This document shows positions 63,552 through 64,000 of a DNA stretch of 64,000 nt, one piece after another. The notes beneath the pieces were generated by a model that was not told the DNA's origin, did no database searches, and saw nothing but the letters and a program-made list of their open reading frames with translations. Position numbers and translations under genes: made by a program. This DNA is from Candidatus Lloydbacteria bacterium (GTDB lineage Bacteria; Patescibacteriota; Minisyncoccia; Phycocordibacterales; 21-14-all-47-15), in the NCBI GenBank assembly GCA_016214545.1, contig JACROH010000003.1, positions 3,342-67,341 on the forward strand, read 5' to 3'. The first letter of the stretch is position 1, and each line of letters starts with the position of its first letter.

Positions 63552-64000
63552 ATGCGCTACATCATAGTGAGGGGTATCTTGTTATATATCCTATGCGTCC
63601 CCATAGGATGCGCGTCATCAACACGCCACAGCATCATCCAGAAAAGCGAAGTAAAAACAGTTACCACCGGGTTGTTTCCCTGTGAAGCAAACGCCGAAAA
63701 CAAACACTGCGTGGCCAATATTGAAAAGATGCTGGAACAATTCAGAAAAATCCGCGTCACCGACAAAAAAACCGATAGCCTCGGAGACACCGTGACCGAG
63801 GTTACCCAAAAAGGATTTACCATCTGCCTCAACCCTTTGTGCACAAAATTCCGGTCAAACACCCAGGAGTATCGGGGAACAAAAGCGCTTGAGGCGGCCG
63901 GAAGAGGGAACTTCCAGCAAACATTCTCCGGAATCAAAGAGGTTCAGGAGTACGGCGTGTTTCTCGGAAACATCAGCGCGCAAGAATACCGCGAAACAAA
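63552..64000 (+). CDS. Putative lipoprotein, 3' end outside the window (absent from ORF track)
   Basis: ATG at 63552 preceded by GGAGG. MRYIIVRGILLYILCVPIGCASS (lipobox). I read 149 codons to the window edge without a stop. Confidence 0.6.
   Translation, partial: MRYIIVRGILLYILCVPIGCASSTRHSIIQKSEVKTVTTGLFPCEANAENKHCVANIEKMLEQFRKIRVTDKKTDSLGDTVTEVTQKGFTICLNPLCTKFRSNTQEYRGTKALEAAGRGNFQQTFSGIKEVQEYGVFLGNISAQEYRET

Noticed and set aside
63557-63937. 126-aa minus-strand ORF near the right edge.
   Set aside because: It is antisense to a better-supported plus-strand lipoprotein ORF (63552 onward), which has a GGAGG SD and a lipobox.

Overview
The window reads as chromosome from a small-genome, CPR/Patescibacteria-like (Parcubacteria-type) bacterium, coded almost entirely on the minus strand. 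That lineage call is an inference from gene content and protein style. All calls come from reading the sequence and the ORF track; no searches were run.

Core content:
- A str/S10 block: rpsL-rpsG-fusA-[htrA]-tuf-rpsJ-rplC-rplD-rplW-rplB (15393 down to 6641).
- A physically separate block: rpsS-rplV-rpsC-rplP-rpmC-rpsQ-rplN-rplX-rplE (49970 down to 46340).
- secE-nusG-rplK (36526 down to 35364), with no rplA after it.
- rplS, rpmB, rpsO, pnp, glyQS, ileS, argS, glmS, murD, recO, comM, and a divergent tmk/thyX pair.
- A pilMNO-like cluster and four tandem T4SS-pilin-like genes.
- Four canonical tRNAs: His-GTG, Leu-CAG, Val-TAC, Arg-TCT.

Three coding regions are missing from the ORF track: a 522-codon ORF running off the left edge (1..1566, minus), secE (36350..36526, minus), and a lipoprotein ORF running off the right edge (63552..64000, plus).

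Most interesting observations:
1. A family of ~200-nt intergenic elements at five loci. Their stems differ between copies by paired compensatory changes while loops and linkers stay constant. They sit exactly where ribosomal-protein operon synteny is broken. I do not recognise the family.
2. A tRNA-Leu(GAG) locus with a canonical 5' half joined to a non-tRNA 3' segment. That segment is repeated perfectly (72 bp) 156 bp away, inside a second hairpin-rich tRNA-like unit.
3. An isoleucyl-tRNA synthetase with a complete histidine-phosphatase (PGAM-like, RHG) domain inserted in its catalytic body.
4. A uL3 of only 150 aa that lacks about 50 normally conserved residues.
5. An AT-rich island between tRNA-Val and tRNA-Arg that truncates one of the elements.
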